From Liolophura sinensis (Eukaryota): a DNA stretch of 64,000 nt. Below the pieces are notes generated by a model. That model saw only the letters and a program-made list of their open reading frames with translations, was not told the origin of the DNA and searched no databases. Location of the stretch: the NCBI RefSeq assembly GCF_032854445.1, contig NC_088304.1, positions 22,489,513-22,553,512 on the forward strand. The letters are read 5' to 3'. Made by a program: the position numbers and the translations under genes. Positions 34,701-47,984 of this stretch are shown piece after piece (position 1 is the stretch's first letter; every line of letters begins with the position of its first letter).

Positions 34701-34839
34701 AAAGGAAATCACTGCTTTACACTAGAATGCATATTCGTGCCTGTTAAAATCACAAGATCTAAAATGAAAACTGTGTTATCAATATCATTCTAGTTATTTA
34801 CTGCGCTTTTGAGTGTGTACGCGGCTTTTATATAAGCGT

Positions 34840-34960
34840 TGGTATCCGTGGGTTGATGGATGAGACATAAGTTGTATTCAGTAAGGAGGTCAACCGACAG
34901 CTGAATTCGAACTCCCGACCACATTGGTGAAGGGACAGTGGTCCAAACAGAAGCAGTATG
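34840..34960 (-). mobile_element. Diverged tRNA-derived SINE head fragment in minus orientation (gaattcgaactcccgaccacattggtgaagg). Similar fragments lie at 32955-33060, 38455-38560, 43480-43570, 45185-45290 and 62930-62990.
   Basis: These contain the reverse complement of a B-box-like GGTTCGAAT(T)C plus a family-A-like ccgcattggtga motif. They are old or diverged relatives of family A. Confidence 0.4.
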
Positions 34961-35065
34961 TATCCTGCTCACATCAGTTCTGACCTATAATGATCACCCC
35001 AATAAAGGTCTCAAACCGTAAGCTGCTTATTTATCACAGACGCCGTGTACTGTGTAATAAACATT

Positions 35066-35322
35066 TATTTATTTATTTATTTGATAGGTGTTTTTACGCC
35101 GTGCTCAAGAATATTTCCCTTATACGACGGCGGCCAACATTATGGTGGAAGGAAACCGGAGAGACTCCGGGCGAAACCCACGATCAGCCGCAGGCTGCTG
35201 ACAGACCTTCTCACGTACGGCCAGCATGGGCTGTACTTGAAATGACAGCGACCGCATTGGTAAGGGGCCCCTGGGTAATTGCGCCGTGCTGGTGTGCTAA
35301 CCACATCGGGCACGGGGGCCGG
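35066..35322 (-). mobile_element. SINE family A, full length, minus orientation.
   Basis: The (aaat)n tail is at the left. The body is ...ccgcaggctgctgacagaccttctcacgtacggccagcatgggctgtacttgaaatgacagcgaccgcattggtaagg. Confidence 0.85.
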
Positions 35323-36479
35323 TATAATAGATAAGGCGTTGTTATTCATAAGCAATTACCATGTTCAGTTATCTATCAGTTTGTAAATGAGAACTGAAGG
35401 ACCCCATGCGACTAGATAGGAAATGGCCCCACTTCGGTGCAGCAGTGAGATGTAATGTTTTTTCATGCAGAAAAACAAGTAGAACTGCAAGTAAGCAAGT
35501 CAAATTACACGTAAACAAGTCAAATTACAAGTAAAAAGTACAATTACTGAAAAAACATGTGTGCGAAAAATTGGAGTGATCAGATTTATACTTCTTGTTT
35601 TATTAAAAGACAATGGTAGGGTCAAAACCAGATTTGCTATTATAAGGCGTTGTATGGGAATTCCCTTCGTAGTAAAAATAGGATTGCGCGAACCAAAAAC
35701 ATTTTCACATTTTCAGTGTCTAGTTAGGGAGTAGTAATATATAACGAAGTATCGTGTTGGTTCACTCGACCTTTTTTTATAAATAAAAAAAGAAAAAATA
35801 AATAATATGGAAGTTCAGAGGAACTCTGCATTCACCATAATATTTCATAGCTTCTAACTCATTGGTCGCACTGGTCCAGTGGTAACTTGCGTTGTGTGTC
35901 GAATAGGATAACAAGTTTAAAATACTTTATTTTTTAGTGCTTAATAAGGAGAGGTGTTGGAAGGGGTTGATTAATTTGAAACTCACAAGACAATCTTTCT
36001 ACATATATATTTCTTCGAATATTGTTAAACTATATGTTAAGTGTACATAAATTATTGTAAATCTGTACAGATTATATACAGTTTTCTTTTAATGAAAGCT
36101 CAACGCTATTTATTTCGTACAATTGTTCAATTATATAGAGAAAGAGGTCACATGTTTATCAGTTTAGCTTCGTAATAAATGTATATGTAGACACTGTCAT
36201 ATATTCACGGTATAATTTGTGAGAGAAAACTTGCTTGAAATATCAACATTAGACGTCAAAGGATATTATCCTATCCATTTAACAGTATAATGTAGGCTGA
36301 TGCTTAGCAACGAATATTTAAGCTTGACCTGTTTCATCGGCTACTCTTGTTACATATAAATTTCAACCGCATACCGGGGAAGCCTTTGTGTCTTTTCGCA
36401 GACGATCTGGCAGTATGAGCAGGTTGGAAATCGACCTGAGAGAAAATATTGGCACTCCTGTAAGGATAAGCCTTGATTT

Positions 36480-36800
36480 AACACAGTTTGTATCTATCAT
36501 TTGCGTAATTTTCATATATTAGTAAGGAAGATAATTAAAGGGGCCTATATTAAAATTGACCCTGAAAATATCTTTGAAAACTCTATCAATTTGGATAAAA
36601 GAATCATTGATTCGCGTAATTTTCACATACCATTAAGGCAGACAATCAACCGGTTTACGTTAAATTTAAGCCGGAAAATATTAATGAAAACACTATCAAT
36701 TTGGATAAATGAATTATTGATTCGCGTAGTTTTCACATATCAGTAAGGAAGATAATCGGTTTACATTAATATTTCACCGGAAAATCAATTTGCAGAAAAG
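36480..36800. repeat. Three tandem units of about 105 bp (attgattcgcgtaattttcacata...aggaagataat...ggaaaatat...atcaatttggataaa).
   Basis: Direct repetition is visible. Confidence 0.8.
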
Positions 36801-37039
36801 AATTATTGATAATGATAAATGAATGGTCCAAGCTGTCCGTGTACATGTAGTACTCCAGCGAGGTCCCGTTTGTCTTCAGATACAAGTGTCCGGGGTAGAT
36901 CAATATCTTGTAAATATAACAGCAGAAATGTAACAAAAATATATATGCTATGTTTCACGTAAAGTTTGTTATGTATAAAAAATGCACGTTCAGCATTTCG
37001 AATTTGTACCTGAAGGTAACTGTGGCCTGATATGAACAT

Positions 37040-37745
37040 TAGTAGTGTGAGTCATGAAAACCTGGCAGAACTAGCTGTTCATGTGAACACTAGCAGCGTG
37101 CGTCAGGAAAACCTGGCAGGACTAGCTGTTCACGTGCACACTAGCAGTGTGAGTCATGAAAACCTGGCAGGACTAGCTGTTCACGTGAACACTAGCAGTG
37201 TGAGTCACGAAAACCTGGCAGAACTAGCTGTTGACATGAACACTAGCAGTGTGAGTCATGAAAACCTGGCAGGACTAGCTGTTCACGTGAACACTAACAG
37301 TGTGAGTCATGAAAACCTGGCAGGACTAGCTGTTCACGTGAACACTAGCACTGTGCGTAATGAAAACCTGGCAGGACTAGCTGTTCATGTGAACACTAGC
37401 AGTGTGCGTCATGAAAACCTGGCAGGACTAGCTGTTGACGTGAACACTAGCAGTGTGAGTCATGAAAACCTGGTAGGACTAGCTGTTGACGTGAACACTA
37501 GCAGTGTGAGTCATGAAAACCTGGCAGGATTAGCTGTTGACGTGAACACTAGCAGTGTGAGTCATGAAAACCTGGCAGGACTAGCTGTTCATGTAAACAC
37601 TAACAGTGTGAGTCAAGAAAACCTGGCAAGACTAGCTGTTCATGTGAACACTAACAGTGTGAGTCAAGAAAACCTGGCAAGACTAGCTGTTCATGTGAAC
37701 ACTAGCAGTGTGCGTCAAGAAAACCTGCCAGTACCAGCTGTTCAC
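37040..37745. repeat. Satellite with a 51-bp unit in about 14 copies (cactagcagtgtgagtcatgaaaacctggcaggactagctgttcacgtgaa). The + strand reads as a perfect 17-aa repeat (VHVNTSSVSHENLAGLA), which gives the 261-aa ORF 37032-37817.
   Basis: The period is 51 bp, equal to 17 codons. There is no splice or start context beyond the repeat itself. Confidence 0.85.
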
Positions 37746-38134
37746 ATACCTTCGTTACTATTAAACAATCAAAGGTGCGGAGCGTTTGCTGTGGTGGGAG
37801 TAGGGGATGAGTGGTGAGTGAGAGGTACTATATCTGATCAAGACGGTCCAAGCCTGTTTTCGTGCACAGATTTTGACCCGGGGATCATGATTGCTGTGTA
37901 CAGGTAGACCTTATATGTATGTACATCAGGAAGCCCTCGGGACATACATATATTTAGATCCAATTACAGATACGGCATTGCATTTCTCGAGGACTCCATG
38001 ATGGACAGCCTTACAAGATAAATGATATTCTTATATGAACGTTATTATTATGTAGGTGACATAAATGAATCGTTCAGCTGTATACATGGTACATGGTAAA
38101 CTATGACGTCGAACGCGACATTCACTAGTTATCC

Positions 38135-38315
38135 GTGTTCCTCTCCGGTCGTAAGTGGGAAGGTCTTGCAGCAACCTGCGGATGGTCGTGGGTTTCCCCT
38201 GGGTTCGGCCCGGTTTCCTGCCATCATAATGCTGGCCGCCGTCGTATAGATGAAATATTCCTGAGTACGGCGTTAAACACCAATCAAGTAAATAAATAAA
38301 TAAATAAGTCACCAG
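38135..38315 (+). mobile_element. SINE family A 3' part.
   Basis: ccggtcgtaagtgggaaggtcttgcagcaacctgcggatggtcgtgggtttcccctgggttcggcccggtttcctgccatcataatgctggccgccgtcgtata...caccaatcaagtaaataaataaataaataag. Confidence 0.8.
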
Positions 38316-38789
38316 TGTGCATTTTTTATTTTATTTAATTACTTATTTATTTATGTGATTGCCAGTTTTCACTTTAACCACGATGAGTGGAGAAAACCAG
38401 GGAGTGCCCAGAGCAAATCATCTACCCTCTTTAGGTAACTGACAAACCTCCTGAAATAAAACCGCGTCCAAAGCAACATGAGCTGGATTTGAATACGCGA
38501 CCTCTGAGGTCAAGGGCCTGATTGTTGCAGCCAGTCAGAGTTTAATCATCCGAGCCAGCGGTGGCTATAACAGCTTTATAAGCATGTCAGTAATGGCGCT
38601 GACCTCCTTTATACATACATGTGGAAAATCACGTGAAGTCCCAAACATTGCACCAATCCAATTACGTTATCGCTCTCGTTATCGCTCAGCAAATTTCACC
38701 GCATACAGACAACGGTAGTTTTCGATTTCAAGCAGTTTTCGACGTAAATTAAGTTGTGTGCAAACCAAAATCTTTGTTGGGTATGTTTT

Positions 38790-39300
38790 ATCACTGGCTG
38801 AGGTGGTTTGCTGTATGCGATGAGGTTGTTTTTTTTTTTTGTATGTGCTGACGGAGTTTTTGGTATGTACTGACAGGGTTTGTTGCCCTCACTAACGGTG
38901 TTTAAACTGGCGAAGTTTGTTGTATAAACTGACGGGGTGGTTTTTTGTATACGCTGTCAAGGTTTGTTGAATACGTTGATGGGGTTTAACTGTTGCATGC
39001 GTTGACGGGGTTTGTTGTATATGCTGACGTGGTGTGTTATATATGCTGACGTGGTTTGTTATATATGTTGACAAGATTTATTGCATACATTGATGGGGTT
39101 TGTTGTATGCGCAGATGGGGTGTGTTGTATATACTGATGGGGTTTGTTGTACACACTGAGTTTGTTTTATGTGCTGACAGGATTTGTTGTACATACTAAT
39201 GAGGTTTGTTGTATGCGCAGTTGGGGTTTCTTATATTTACACTGACGTGCTTTGTTATATTTGCTGACAGGGTTTGTCGTGTACACAGACGAGATTTATT
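38790..39300. repeat. Tandem repeat of about 22 bp in about 22 copies (gctgacgtggtttgttatatat / tgatggggtttgttgtatgcgc variants).
   Basis: Direct repetition is visible. Confidence 0.8.
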
Positions 39301-40089
39301 GTATACACTCAGGGGGATTGTGGTATGCGGTGTGGCAAGCTTTCAAAACCTTGTGCGGGACACTTTATCGGTCCGTGTACATTTGTGCTATGGTGTTATC
39401 TTTTTCAACCCACCAGAAATCACTTAGTTATACTGACATTAGCAACAGAATTGTCAGCAGATGTTTATATAATACCGGTGATAACATGTGATATTGAATA
39501 TATAGTTTTTTAAACAAAAAGGATGAACAACACAGTGACAATGCTAATGATTTCATAATCTCACTGATACAGTAGTACATTTGCTAAGGCCTACCTGATA
39601 TAACCAACAGGTAACAGGTTCTCTGTGTCATAAACTCGCTAATTTATTCAGCTGTTTCCAGGCATAAAATACAGTTCACATGTACATAATTGTATACAAA
39701 GTTGTCTTGTAATTTACACAACATTCATAAAGGAAATCATATATTTTGTACTGTATACTATTTTTTTACAGTTGTGAACATGTATGTATTGGTGGCAGAG
39801 ATGTTCTGATAAAAGCTCTACACGGACACATGTGGCCAGTTTCATAACGATGTGATACATGTACAATAATCGAACAAATAGGGCAACTGTACGACAAATG
39901 TACGCCAAAAAATGCCATACGTCGCTTTGTTAAACTGAGCCCAGATGCATCCATAAAGACGTGGTGACATCAACGTGACAGGAGTAGAAATTCTGGATAA
40001 CCGATTCTAGCAAGTGTCAGGTCATGTTCTGTGCGCTTATAAAACGGCTTCGGGTTTTGAACCAATCGACCAACAGGATTTATTTTTTA

Positions 40090-40290
40090 AAATTAATTTA
40101 TTTGCATTTTTACACCGTAGAGGTTTCCAAGAATATTTCGCTTATACGACGGCAGCCAGCATTTTGATGGGAGGAAACCAGGCAGACCCCGGAGGAAATC
40201 CACAATCGTCTGCAGGCTGTTAATTGACTTTCCGGAGAGGAAGTCTGGGCGTGAACTCACAGTGATCGCATTAATGAAGAATCCAGGACG
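40090..40290 (-). mobile_element. SINE family A variant in minus orientation. Its tRNA-like head is replaced by a short tandem (GGACARAAGCMCCGC)n tract at 40285-40405. An inverted copy of that tract plus SINE body lies at 41385-41480.
   Basis: ...ccggagaggaagtctgggcgtgaactcacagtgatcgcattaatgaagaatccaggacgcaagccccacggacagaagcaccgcggacaaaagccccgcgaacagaagcc. 41385-41440 reads gtttgtcc...gcttttgtcc (the reverse complement) followed by ccattggtggaaggcacctgggtcattgc. Confidence 0.55.
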
Positions 40291-40504
40291 CAAGCCCCAC
40301 GGACAGAAGCACCGCGGACAAAAGCCCCGCGAACAGAAGCCCGGGCGGACGAAAGCCACACGTACAGAAGCCCAGCGGACAAAAACCTCGGCGGGCGAAG
40401 CCCCGTCGTCTTAATTAACCGACAAAATATATCCGACAGTCTAAGAAACATGATCTTAAATATTAGTTGATGGGGATTTCATACAGTGTGAATTGTTTTC
40501 CATC

Positions 40505-40615
40505 TGAAAATTTGTCATCAAAGCTTACCCCAGTCTGTCACTCGGTTTTGTCATCAAAGCGTAACCCAGTCTGTCACTCGGTTTTGTCATCAAAGCGTAA
40601 CCCAGTCTGTCACAC
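40505..40615. repeat. Three tandem units of 35 bp (gtcatcaaagcgtaacccagtctgtcactcggttt).
   Basis: Direct repetition is visible. Confidence 0.85.
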
Positions 40616-43600
40616 GGGTTCAACAGCTTTCCTCTCATAAGTGTTGTACACATACGTTTTCAAAACAATATCTCCAAACATGACTGTCTGTGATGTCTCT
40701 AATACTATTATCGAATATTTTTCATCGAGCAAATATAAGTTTATTCGTCCATTATACTAACTTTATTTGCCTGAAATATTTCAGCATGTTGTATATTCGC
40801 AGTATCACCTCGCGGCTGCCGTCAGATATGCATTTCGAATGGGTTTACAGGCATCTTGTGCAACTTTATGTGTTCAATGTAACAGTTGTATTTAAACATT
40901 TCGATTATTTAGAAATTTAAACCAAATCATATTATAGGTCACAAATAAAATATTGTTTTTTTCATAGGTTACTGATTATCTTATATATATATTTTATATC
41001 CGCTAGATGGCCGCCTATGATAAATAAAAGGAATCGGTGATCTTAACATTAAATCGGAAGCATTCTATATTCAATGCGTGGATTAAAATTTAAATATTAT
41101 TCCCTGAAATCAGGAAAAATGACTTTTGGCATCATGTTTTTGAACATACACTCTGAAAGGTCTTTCTTTCGTTTTCTGGGGTTAGCTCTTTCCAGTGTCG
41201 TCAATAACGGTTAGAATACATGGAGATTGAACGAGTACGAAAGGGTCCTATTGCTTGCATACCATGCATCAAAATCTGAAACGTCACTTCAGGGAGAAGT
41301 TTTCTCAAACAAGCAAACAACGTATGTCATTTACCATACACACTTAATATTCATCGAGGGGCTTATGTTCGCTCGGGGTTTTGTCCTCCAGGGTGTTTGT
41401 CCGCGTGGTGTTTGTCCACCTGCGCTTTTGTCCGTTCCCCATTGGTGGAAGGCACCTGGGTCATTGCATTGCATTGAGACAATGACCGTTAGGCTATGGA
41501 GGAAGACACTAACAGGATTTACAACAGACATGCATTACCCCTCTACTGATCAGAAGGGACACAGCTTCAACTGACGGACGATCATGTCGTCTAAGGACAG
41601 GAGTGGAGTATAATGCATGTGCTCAGTAAAGTCTGCCAGTCAGCTATCTGTTTTGGGTAAACTCTGTTGGGCAGGACGATTGCTCTGTACTAAGAACTCG
41701 TATACTTTCACTTATACGACGGCGGCCAGCATTATGGTTGGAGGAGACCGGACAGAACCCGGGAAATCTACTGTCAATTAAGTTCCTCTAGAATCTCGGT
41801 AATCCCTAATAACGGTGACAATGATGGTTAAAATCACTTTCTAAATAGCATCTGCCAATCTAACAGGTCTCCAAAAAGCAACCTGGAAGCGGACGTCAAC
41901 GAAGAACTACGGGGCAAACGTTACATGAGATGTACATCTTTCCGAATCGTGCTTATTATGGTCATATGAAAGTCAGCTGAAGGTCAACGCGCTGTCCAGC
42001 CGCCGTCAATGGTGAAGGCTGAGCCGGTAATCTGGTCAGCTGAGCGCGTGCACAGGAAGTGGATTAAATCTGCGATCTGGACAAAAAACAAACAGAAAAC
42101 TTTGTAAGAAACAGTATTAAAACACGTATTAAATCACCCAGTATAAAGTACGCATTCTAGATTCTGTCTGACAGGAGCTGACATTGCTACTATTTATGCA
42201 TTTACACGAACAGTTAGAATAAAACCCTGACTGAGGATAAACTGACAAGAGGTCGTATTTCACCGGTTACGTGTGGCCATTTGCCAGCTATTACACTATC
42301 ACTGCCCTGGTTTTACTTTTTTATGCTGTAAGTCTTCAATTATATCATTTACTAATACAACCTTAGTATATACATGGCCACGTTGTGGCTACAATATTGG
42401 CCAACTATCGTTAAACCATAACCAGTCACTCATTCTTGTGGAGGCGTGGAAGCCAAACAGAGTCCTTTGAGGGCGTGTATGAGGTGGTGAAAACCGATTT
42501 TCCGACGTAGTTCCAGTGTTAAAGTGTACTGCGGCGTAAGGCTTAATTCTCTGTGGGTATGTAAGCCCCCTCCTCCCCTAGAGCATCGTTATTGTTAAGC
42601 ACGATACTTAGTTCATCAAATACCTGTCAAATTATTTTTTTTGAGAGAAATGTTTTTAGTGTTGTCTGTTCACACACACACACTGGCTACACGATACAAA
42701 ATGATCCCGTTTCCACAAAGTGTTAAGTTCAAGCAAACTCATGTTTTTTTCGGGAAGTGTGAGAATTTCTTTCTTCGGGAGACAAACATTGCCGAACACA
42801 AAACACTGTACTGCTCCGATTTACCGAAATTACGTTCAGTAATACAGATTTACTCTCTCCGAAGTCAGAAGAAAATTCATTTCATCCACTACGCTACAGC
42901 ACAATCATTTTCACACCATGTATGTTGATCCTGAAAACGTAACAATGGCATCGTTTAAAATCTAATACTTTGCAGCCGATAGTCAAAGATCAGTTGGACC
43001 GACCCTTTAATACCACTAGTCAGTGTGCTCGGTACTACGTCATCGTTAGAGGAGCTGACCCACATTCGCGCGCGCTAACACCTTATAATAGAGGTTATTT
43101 TCAGGGTGGTTCTAATTACCTTCGGAGAGGGTTGCATCTGTTTTGAGGCAAGAAAATTGCAAATATAACGGAATGTGCATGATTCGAAGTTGTATTTTCC
43201 CTACAACATTTCTCATCACACCGGCTATGAAAGTTAAACGGGATTATACAGTACGACGGTAAATGACAGTTGCTAGTGTTAACAAACTTGAAAGGTGAGA
43301 AATCAATAACACAACCATTAATGGCGATGTTTCCCTTCCAATAAATCGATTTGTTCATTTGATTTCGCTTTAAAGCTGTACGCAGGAGTGTTTCACGTGC
43401 AAGGCAACATTCGAGTTTATCTTCTGAGAAAACGAGACATAGACGGGAAAAAAACAGCCATACTTTGCTAGGAATCTGCGAGGCCTCCACCGAACAAGCG
43501 AGCGTTGGATATGAACTCGAGGCCTCATCTGTTAAGGGTCAATCGCTTGCCACGAGAGCGGCGCTTTCGGTGAATAAGCCGGCAATAAGCAATGTTCGCT

Positions 43601-44369
43601 TGACTGCCAGTGATCATATTCTCCTCAATATTAAGTAGATGTTAATACAGTCTTATTTTCAAGGCCCCAGGTCCCGGGATCACGGGACGATCTTAGACTT
43701 AAGTCCAAATTTTAATCATTCAATTTGGTATGTTACGTTTCGTTACTTTAGCAGAAATTTTGTTGTACAATAACTCACCCAGAATTTACGTTGCCAAACA
43801 ATATTTTGATTTTGTTACATCAGGTATAAGAAATTTAAAGTCATCTGAAATTTTTATTTAAGCCTAGGATCGCATCAAAATGCGACAAGGATGATGAAAC
43901 TGCCTTAAACTTAAGTTAGACAACATTTTAATTGTAGCTGTGTTGAAGCTTTGACTTAAGACGTTTGATAAATGCGAGCCCCGCTGACAGTAATGGCGTC
44001 AATAACGCGCCTTAACGTGCTAATATACATATATTCCTCATATTTTGGAAGCACTACATTGTTTTTGGACGAAAACATATTTAGCGGCTGACTTGTGTTT
44101 CTCTTCGAAAAACTAGTAAATTTATCTAAACTTTTTTTATGATGCTTTTTGAAATTCCACGAAGACTTACTTGAGAAACGTCCACAAATTCTTTGGTGGG
44201 TTGAAATGTTTCCAGCAAGCGTAGCTACAAAGACAGTACAGATAGAGACACATTTCATTGGGTGTAGGGGAGTGAAACTCGGATTCCAATGAAAGATGAA
44301 TAAAGTGGAACCTAAAAGCGAGGTTTATGGCTGTACGGTTTTAAGGGAAATAAAGAAAGTTGAAAGTTG

Positions 44370-44639
44370 TTTATTTATTTATTTATTTGATTGGTGTTTT
44401 ACGCGGTACTCAAGAATATTTCACTTATACGACGGCAGCCAGTATTATGGAGGGTGAAAACCGGGTAGAGCCCGGGGAAACCCACAACCATCCGTAGGTT
44501 GATGGCAGACCATCTCACGTACGGCCGGAGAGGTAGCCAGCATGAGCTGGACTTGAACTCATAGCGACCGCATTGGTGAGAGACTTCTGAGCCATTACGT
44601 TGCGCTAGAGCGCTAACCAACTGAGCCACGGAGGCCCCC
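44370..44639 (-). mobile_element. SINE family A, full length, minus orientation.
   Basis: The tail tttatttatttatttatttgattggtgttttacgcggtactcaagaatatttcacttatacgacggcagccag is at the left. The head ...ctaaccaactgagccacggaggcccc is at the right. Confidence 0.9.
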
Positions 44640-45289
44640 GAAAGTTGTTTAAAAGGCTTTCAAATAAATTTTCATATTTGAGATATATTTTATATATTTT
44701 CATCAGCCCTCTATTTTGGGGATTTTACTTTCCTTTCAACAATGTTGAATAAGTGTGCCTGAATGCAAAGAATGTCTCAGTATTGACGAAAACAATGAGT
44801 ATATTTAATTATAATCAAGAAGAAAAAGACAATGAAAAATCCCACAATGCATCAGCAGGTACCTTAGCGTCCGGAAATGAGACGTTGTCCCGTTCACTAA
44901 CTGTCCTTATCTGACCCTGAGCAACTACAACACAAATCTCTGCAGTTATATTCCAACGTTATTAGAATTCATCTCATATACACAATGTCTAATAAATAAT
45001 AAAGGTGCCTGTACATGTACACAATATCACAAAATGAACATTTTAAATTCTATCGTTTACGCTAATAACAGGCCTCAATTCATGAATCAGTTATTAGATC
45101 AATTTGAATGGCGTTTTTCCAAACGTTCATCAGTATTTCAATTATAACGACGGCGTTCGGATTTATGGATAAATGAAACCAGAGGCAGTCGGGTGAAAAT
45201 GCTCACAGGTGAAACTGAAACCGAACCGGAGTCAGCTGGGTTCGAACCCGCGATAATTCATTTGTAGCTGCCAGCCGTTTCCAGTCCTA

Positions 45290-46100
45290 CTGCCTAAGAC
45301 AGAGGAATGGACGTGAGGATTGTATGTAGACACCATCAGGCAGAACAATGGATGTGCGGGTTGTACATGCAGATACAATGAGACAGAAGCATGGTTGTGT
45401 GGATTGTACACGCAGACACAAGGAGAGAAGAATGGACGTGGGGGCAGTACATCCAGACACAATGAGACAGAACAATGGATGTGCGGGTTGTACATGCAGA
45501 CACAATGAGACAGAACAATGTATGTGGGGATTGTACATGCAGACACAATGAGACAGAACAATGAATGTTGGGATTGTATATGTGGACACAATGAGACAGA
45601 AGAATGGATGTTGGGATTGTATATGTAGACACAACGATACAGATCGATGGATGTGCGGATTGTATATGTAGACACAATGAGACAGAACAATGAATGAGGC
45701 ATTGTACATGCAGATGCAATGGGACAGAACAATGGATGTGGGGATTATACATGCATACACAACGGAACAGAAGTTTGTCATGGGGGCAAAGAGGCAGAAC
45801 AATGGATGTGGGGATTGTACATGCATACACAATGAGACAGAAGCATGGTTGTGGGGATTGTACATGCAGACACAATGAGACAGAAGCATGGTTGTGGGGA
45901 TTGTAAATGTACGTGCAGAGGCAATGCGACAGAACAATTGATGTGGGAATTGCACATGCAGATACACAATGAGACAGAACATTGGATGTGCGGATTCAAC
46001 ATGCTGGCGCAATGACAGAGAACAATGGAGATGCGGATTGTACATGTAGACACAATGAGGCAGACGAATGGATGTGGGAATTGTACATGCAGACAGTGTT
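45290..46100. repeat. Satellite with a 43-bp unit in about 19 copies (gacacaatgagacagaacaatggatgtgcgggttgtacatgca).
   Basis: Direct repetition is visible. The overlapping ORFs 45232-46131 on both strands are artifacts. Confidence 0.9.
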
Positions 46101-46239
46101 CTGTAAACATCAGTGAAATAACCTCGTACATGTAGAGGCTGATCTAACCTGACACAGCTAAACCTAGTGAATTACCAAGGACACATTACTAGTATGGAGG
46201 AAACCGAAAAGAAAAAAAAATACATGGAAACTCTTGGAT

Positions 46240-46375
46240 CTTGCCAGTTAAAACTCCCTCGGGAAGGTCTGTCAAGAATCTGCGAATGGTTGCTGGTTTC
46301 CCCCGGGCTTTGCCCGGTTTCCTCCCACCATAATGCTGGCCACCGTCGTATAAGTGAAATATTCTTGAGTACGGT
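46240..46375 (+). mobile_element. SINE family A 3' part.
   Basis: gaaggtctgtcaagaatctgcgaatggttgctggtttcccccgggctttgcccggtttcctcccaccataatgctggccaccgtcgtataagtgaaatattcttgagtacgg. Confidence 0.8.
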
Positions 46376-46771
46376 ACACCAGTATAAATGCAAATAGTCA
46401 TGCGTGCCTCGTGATTTGTTCGTTAGGCTTGGAGCTCTTCAATGGATGAAGGTGATATTGTGCAGCCTTCAATATATCTCCATGTTCACATTGCTCTCCC
46501 GAGTTTACTGCCACATAGCACAACCAAATCATTGGCACATGGGGATTTCCCGGATTTCCATTTTCTCACTGGTTAACAAATCACATATCTAAGTAAAGGC
46601 TCACAGTATAAAGCTACCGTGAGACACGATAAAGGTTATGATATTGCTGATTTTCTATTTTGAAGTGTTTTAACTTTTAACCAAAAATTCAGAAAAATTA
46701 AAACTTATAGGCAATGGGCTTTTATTTCCATAGAGTCTTCCTTTGTTTTAACATTGTCGTGTAAACCCTAC

Positions 46772-46875
46772 CTTGGTCAGCCCCACGACACCGTGTTTAG
46801 CAGCACAATAAGCGGATTTCTGGGGAGAGGCTACTAGCCCGTGCACAGACGCTACGTTGATTATCCTGCCCCACC
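46772..46875 (-). CDS. SDR (3-hydroxybutyrate-dehydrogenase-like) gene, exon 5: (G)[34 protein letters not shown]. It contains the catalytic Y-x-x-x-K.
   Basis: On the minus strand the acceptor is cattttctctctag|gg (entered in phase 1 from exon 4) and the donor is accaag|gtaggg. It matches bacterial Bdh[36 protein letters not shown] nearly residue for residue. Confidence 0.65.
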
Positions 46876-47486
46876 CTAGAGAGAAAATGTCAACATTTCA
46901 CGACGTATATGAATCATTATAAATTATGTAGGCCTATTTCCGTAATAAAGAATTTGCTATATATTGCAAGGCATTCATTTCTGTTCGTCGACAGAAACAA
47001 TCTTGGTTTGCATAATCAACGGATGATATAAGAAAATTTATACTTGGACTTATATGTTGGGATACCCTATTTCTTTTAATTTTTGGGACACCTGGTCTAC
47101 TCATTTTAGCCAATATATATGGAATTGTAGCAGGAATATTTTCCTCACATGGTTAGATCATCCAATGAACAACATACTCAAGTCTTTAATTTCCAAAAGG
47201 TTGGTAAAGAAATGTAATATTCTACTTTCAACACTAATAATATCTGTCCCAAATTTTAGAAGAATTAGGGTATTCAAAATATTTGGAGTTGTCAAAAAGG
47301 TGCAAACGATCATATACTAATGTTATAAGTGCTAATGTTGCGTTGTTCATAAAAAAAACATTGTGGCACAAGACCCGTATCTATTTACATACTGCGGCTG
47401 TAATAAACGAAAGAGAAAGCAAACAGAATGGAAAAGCACTAATATGAGAGATGGAAAAATGAAAACGTATTAGACATTCGGATTAC

Positions 47487-47609
47487 CTTTGGTTTTCATT
47501 CCAGGTAGGAATGATCGGATGAGGTGAAACGGAGCGGAAAGCATGACGGCGACAAGTAAATTCCACTTCTCTACAGGAAAGTCCTCTACAGGACAAACAT
47601 GCTGTAGTC
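47487..47609 (-). CDS. SDR gene, exon 4: (G)LQHVCPVEDFPVEKWNLLVAVMLSAPFHLIRSFLPGMKTK(G).
   Basis: On the minus strand the acceptor is ttgtcttctttcag|ga and the donor is aaccaaag|gtaatccg. It is in phase 1 at both ends. It aligns to BdhA IQHTALIEDFPTEKWDAILALNLSAVFHGTAAALPHMKKQG. Confidence 0.65.
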
Positions 47610-47984
47610 CTGAAAGAAGACAAACACAAAGCTGAGCAGCTGTTCAGTTCGACTGAACAATTCTTTGTTTCGCGAGAGCGGAAGTCAAACTACTATTATG
47701 TTACCGCACTTTATTCTTGGAAAACCTCCAGCTCAGTTCATGCCACACTCCTTACAGCGCATGCGTCGCTTTCTACCTTTCGCTTTGCATATATGTGACA
47801 CACGTAGGCTATTTAGGCTTAGCCTCATCACTTGTGTCCTCCCGCGGAACTATTTAATCATCATTCATCAAAAAACTTGTTTTAAGGTTTTAGTTAGAAT
47901 CATGTTGCACATACTCTACATAAAGAAAATGAATGTGTATAAAGTATTGTGAGAGACAAAGATTGACAAGGATTGTTTGTGTTT

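Noticed and set aside
45232-46131. A cluster of overlapping 60-250-aa ORFs on both strands.
   Set aside because: All of them lie inside the 43-bp satellite and are cysteine-rich or histidine-rich only because of the repeat unit. Overlapping ORFs on both strands are typical repeat artifacts.
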